Assembly: GCA_963807015.1 (NCBI GenBank) | Contig: CAWEAS010000012.1 | Coordinates: 143,277-207,276 of the forward strand | Length of the DNA stretch: 64,000 nt | Source of the DNA: an uncultured Alphaproteobacteria bacterium | GTDB taxonomy: Bacteria; Pseudomonadota; Alphaproteobacteria; Rhizobiales; Xanthobacteraceae | Direction: 5' to 3' | Shown: positions 61,058-64,000 of the stretch, piece by piece | Numbering within the stretch: the stretch's first letter is position 1 | Layout: each line of letters opens with the position of its first letter | Program-made: the position numbers and the translations under genes | The notes under the pieces: model-generated | Told to the model about the DNA's origin: nothing | Databases searched by the model: none | Seen by the model: the letters and a program-made list of their open reading frames with translations, nothing else

Positions 61058-61477
61058 ATGAGCCGGATCTCAAGGGTCTTGCATACCGCCAAAATCCATA
61101 CGGTCGGCGGTCGGGAAAATGGCGCTTCGCGCAGCTCCGATGGGCGTCTCGACATCCGGCTTGCGACTCCCGGCACGGCGCGGATTGGCACCAATCCGGA
61201 GGAACTGTTCGCGGCCGCATGGTCGGCCTGCTTCGAGAGCGCGATAGCGCAAGCAGCTCGCAAGCGAAAAACCGCCTTGCCCGCCGGCGTGACGATCGAA
61301 GCGGAACTGGACCTCAATGTCGCGGACGACAGCTACTTCCTCAGCGCTCGGTTCAACGTCAGCCTGCCGGGTCTCGACCGCGACACTGCCCAAGGACTGA
61401 TCGATGAGGCAAACGAGATCTGTCCGTATTCGAAAGCAACACGCGGCAATATCGATGTTGCCATCAATCTGATCTGA
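61058..61477 (+). CDS. ohr: organic hydroperoxide resistance protein (OsmC/Ohr family)
   Basis: Ohr-like ~140 aa with both conserved cysteines (AAWSACFESA and EICPYS). Confidence 0.75.
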   Translation: MSRISRVLHTAKIHTVGGRENGASRSSDGRLDIRLATPGTARIGTNPEELFAAAWSACFESAIAQAARKRKTALPAGVTIEAELDLNVADDSYFLSARFNVSLPGLDRDTAQGLIDEANEICPYSKATRGNIDVAINLI

Positions 61478-61627
61478 GAGGGCACCATGGCTTTATCATC
61501 AAAGTCAAAACCGCGCAGAGCGTCGATAGGCGCATTTCGGTTAGCCCTTCTGCCTCTGGAAGCTCTGCACGTCGTCAGCCTTTGCCGGTCACCCTCGCGT
61601 CCGTGACTCATCGAAGAGGAGGTCGTC

Positions 61628-63069
61628 ATGAAGGAAGCCCCCAGCATGAATCGCCGCGGCTTTTTCGAGGCCGCGGCAGCCGCCGCGAGCACCCTCGGTC
61701 TTCCAAATCTCATTCTTGCACGAAAAAGCTCAGCAATGGACAAGACTGATGTCGGCTTCGACGAAGCAACGTTCGCGAAACACTTCAACCAATTCAGCCC
61801 TGAGTACGGGCCACACTTCAGGGAAGTTTACGAGCACATGCGGGCGAATTGCCCAGTTGTCCATACCAACGAACTTGGTGGATTCTGGGTGGTGACACGC
61901 TACGAGGACATTGCCCGGGTGGCGCGCGACTCCGAAACCTTCTCGTCGAGCTACGGAGTCTTCCCGTCGCCCACGAATCCCCATTCACTCAAGTGTGGAT
62001 TCGGGCCGCTTGATGAGGAGCGCACCGGACCGCTCGCCGCGTACCCCTCAGGCCCAAATGGCGAGGCGCCACGCCTCGACTTCCTCCCACTTGAACTCGA
62101 TCCGCCGCTACACGGCCAATACCGAACCGCTGTAGAGGCTCCATTTTCGCGCGAGGCGCTCAGCCAAATGGCGCCGTGGATGTTGGTGCTGGCTGACCAG
62201 TTGATCGACGCCATCATCGACAAGGGCGAGGCCGATTTCTGCCGCGATCTGAGCACGCCGCTGGCCAGCATCTACACGATGAAGGTTCTCGGCCTCCCGC
62301 TCGAAGACTGGTCGGACTACGCCTGGTTGATCCAATCGGCGAGGTCTGGATCCAGCAGCGTCCAGTCCAGAACGCAAAACCCTTCAGAACTCGAACTTCA
62401 TGAACGGGTCACGGCCGAGGTGGTTCGCCAGCGCACGCGGCCGCTGGCGGGTGGGGTGATCACCCATCTGCTTGAGACAACAATCGATGGCCGAAAACTC
62501 GAGAATTGGGAGATCGAAGCCTACATTTGGCTCCTCATCGGCAACGTCGCTACGACGCCGGCCTGTATGGCGTCCAGTTTCGTTTGGCTGTCGCGCAATC
62601 CCGAGCAACGACGCCGGATTGTCGAAAAGCCGGACCTCTTGCCGGACGCGATAGAGGAACTCCTCCGCGTCTTCCCGGCTGCTCACGTGTTCAACCGCAC
62701 TGTCTTGCGCGACGTCGAGTTGGGGGGCAGTCGTTGAAAGCCGGCGAACGTGTGCTCTTGTGCTGGATATCGGGGAACCAAGACGAGACCGAGTTCCATA
62801 ACCCGGACAAGGTGGATTTCGACCGCGCCAACAAGCGCCACATGTCCTTCGGCCGGGGCCGCCATTACTGCATCGGGGCCCATGCGGTTCGCCTCGAATT
62901 CCGAACCATGTTGGGGCAAATACTGAGGCGCATACCCGACTTTCACGTCGAGGAAACCGGGCTGCGACCCACGCTGATGCCAGCGGTGGTGGCAGGCTAC
63001 GCGCACGTGCCCTTCGTCTTCGCCCCAGGAAAGAAAGTGGGCGGTCCCCGCATCGAGTACCGACCCTGA
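61628..63069 (+). CDS. cytochrome P450 with twin-arginine signal peptide, apparent -1 frameshift at a G6 run near 62722-62729
   Basis: GAGGAGG RBS. Tat signal MKEAPSMNRRGFFEAAAAAASTLGLPNLILA. ExxR motif EELLR. Heme loop FGRGRHYCIGAHA in the second frame (track ORF 62506..63069). I-helix GNVATT lacks the usual acidic residue. Confidence 0.75.
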
Positions 63070-63153
63070 AGCAGACCCTCTCCCGACCATCTCGGTGGGA
63101 GAGAGGGCCTCGATGAGCCCTCGTCTCTGCGACCAATTGAAGAGGAGTTCGTG

Positions 63154-63336
63154 ATGGAGAAAGCGCTCGGCTACGGGGTCACGGTGGTGCGTGACGCAAC
63201 AGCCGATTACTCGGACAAGGAGATGTACGCTGCTCTCGAAGTCAATGTTCCAAGATACGCGACCGCGATCGTGACCGCCAATGAGATTATCAATTTGATG
63301 TCTCCTGCCCAAGCCACGGCGCTCGGCAGCCATTAG
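63154..63336 (+). pseudogene. isochorismatase-like hydrolase, C-terminal remnant only
   Basis: 60-aa ORF with a GAGGAG RBS. GYGVTVVRDATADYSDKEMYAALEVNV resembles the C-terminus of cysteine-hydrolase/isochorismatase proteins. Confidence 0.4.
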
Positions 63337-63438
63337 GTCGGCTGCTCTTTATGGTGGAGGTCCCGATCTGCAAACTATCGAGTCCCGAGGCCAACTTAAT
63401 CGCAAAGCTGATCCGCAAACCGAAGTAGGAGATGCACT

Positions 63439-64000
63439 ATGTCTGATTATTCGCAGTTCAATACCGACCGCACCTTTCCGGGCGTGTGGAGGGTCACCTT
63501 CAGCAACCCGCCGATCAACATGTTTCTCCCCTCGACAATCGTCCAATTGGGAGCACTTATGACGAGGCTCGAGGCGGACCCGTCCGTTAAGGTCTTAACG
63601 TTCCAGTCGGCGAACCCCGATTTTTTCATTGCCCATCTCGATGTAGCCAAGGCAGCTGAACAGCCAAAGGTATTAGACCTTTGGCGTGACTTTGTGCTGC
63701 GCCTTTCGTCAGCGCCATTCGTGAGCATTGCGAAGATTCGTGGTCGGACCCGCGGAATCGGCAACGAGTTCGTGCTCGCCTGCGACATGCGCTTCGCGAG
63801 TCGGCAAAACGCGCTGTTCGGCCAACCCGAGATCGGCGTCGGGTTAATCCCCGGCGGCGGCGCGCTGGAGTGGCTCCCGCGGCTGGTAGGCCGCTCGCGG
63901 GCGCTCGAGATAGCGCTAAGCGGCGACGATTTCGATGCCGATGTCGCCGACCACTACGGCTGGGTGAACAGAACCCTGCACGATCACGAACTCGACCCAT
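63439..64000 (+). CDS. enoyl-CoA hydratase/isomerase (crotonase) family protein, 3'-truncated by window end
   Basis: AGGAG RBS. Crotonase-fold oxyanion region FVLACDMRFA...GQPEIGVGLIPGGGA. Confidence 0.7.
   Translation, partial: MSDYSQFNTDRTFPGVWRVTFSNPPINMFLPSTIVQLGALMTRLEADPSVKVLTFQSANPDFFIAHLDVAKAAEQPKVLDLWRDFVLRLSSAPFVSIAKIRGRTRGIGNEFVLACDMRFASRQNALFGQPEIGVGLIPGGGALEWLPRLVGRSRALEIALSGDDFDADVADHYGWVNRTLHDHELDP

Noticed and set aside
1-64000. CRISPR arrays, rRNA genes, intact IS elements or transposases
   Set aside because: No regularly spaced direct repeats, no rRNA-like conserved stretches and no transposase-like ORFs were seen. The only mobile-element evidence is the integrase fragment and the tRNA-Cys half-site repeat.

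Overview
High-GC alphaproteobacterial chromosome segment, Bradyrhizobium/Rhodopseudomonas-like, coding density around 85-90 percent. Read from the sequence and the ORF track only; no database searches were run. The window has two parts.

Core backbone (1 to about 33 kb, 39 to 51 kb): hopanoid transporter hpnN translationally coupled to an acyltransferase-3 gene and an esterase; valS; the conserved block pcm-tolC-DUF2497(PopZ-like)-valS; a four-gene RND efflux operon (mdtA-mdtB-mdtC plus a NodT-type outer membrane lipoprotein); bamA; asnS with tRNA-Asn 4 kb upstream; three porin-family paralogs.

Decayed accessory stretches: a 2.9-kb islet bounded by a 37-nt direct repeat of the 5' half of tRNA-Cys and carrying an integrase remnant; a 52-57 kb region with a CI/LexA-like repressor, a LigD-ligase remnant, an exonuclease-TctC gene fusion and overlapping small zinc-ribbon ORFs; an isochorismatase remnant near the 3' end.

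Most interesting candidates:
- A lanthanide-type PQQ alcohol dehydrogenase that lacks the vicinal Cys-Cys, co-oriented with a Tat-exported Rieske protein and divergent from a class-II-like c-type cytochrome.
- A cytochrome P450 with a convincing twin-arginine signal peptide and no I-helix acidic residue.
- A signal-peptide-less cassette of dead HtrA-like protease, LuxR-type regulator and intact HtrA-like protease.
- The hpnN-coupled acyltransferase.

Three of the four apparent frameshifts (HtrA-like, mdtB, cytochrome) are each an extra A inside what would otherwise be a GANTC (CcrM) motif. The fourth (P450) sits at a G6 homopolymer. Systematic basecalling error is therefore at least as likely as real pseudogenisation. 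No CRISPR arrays, rRNA or intact mobile elements were seen.
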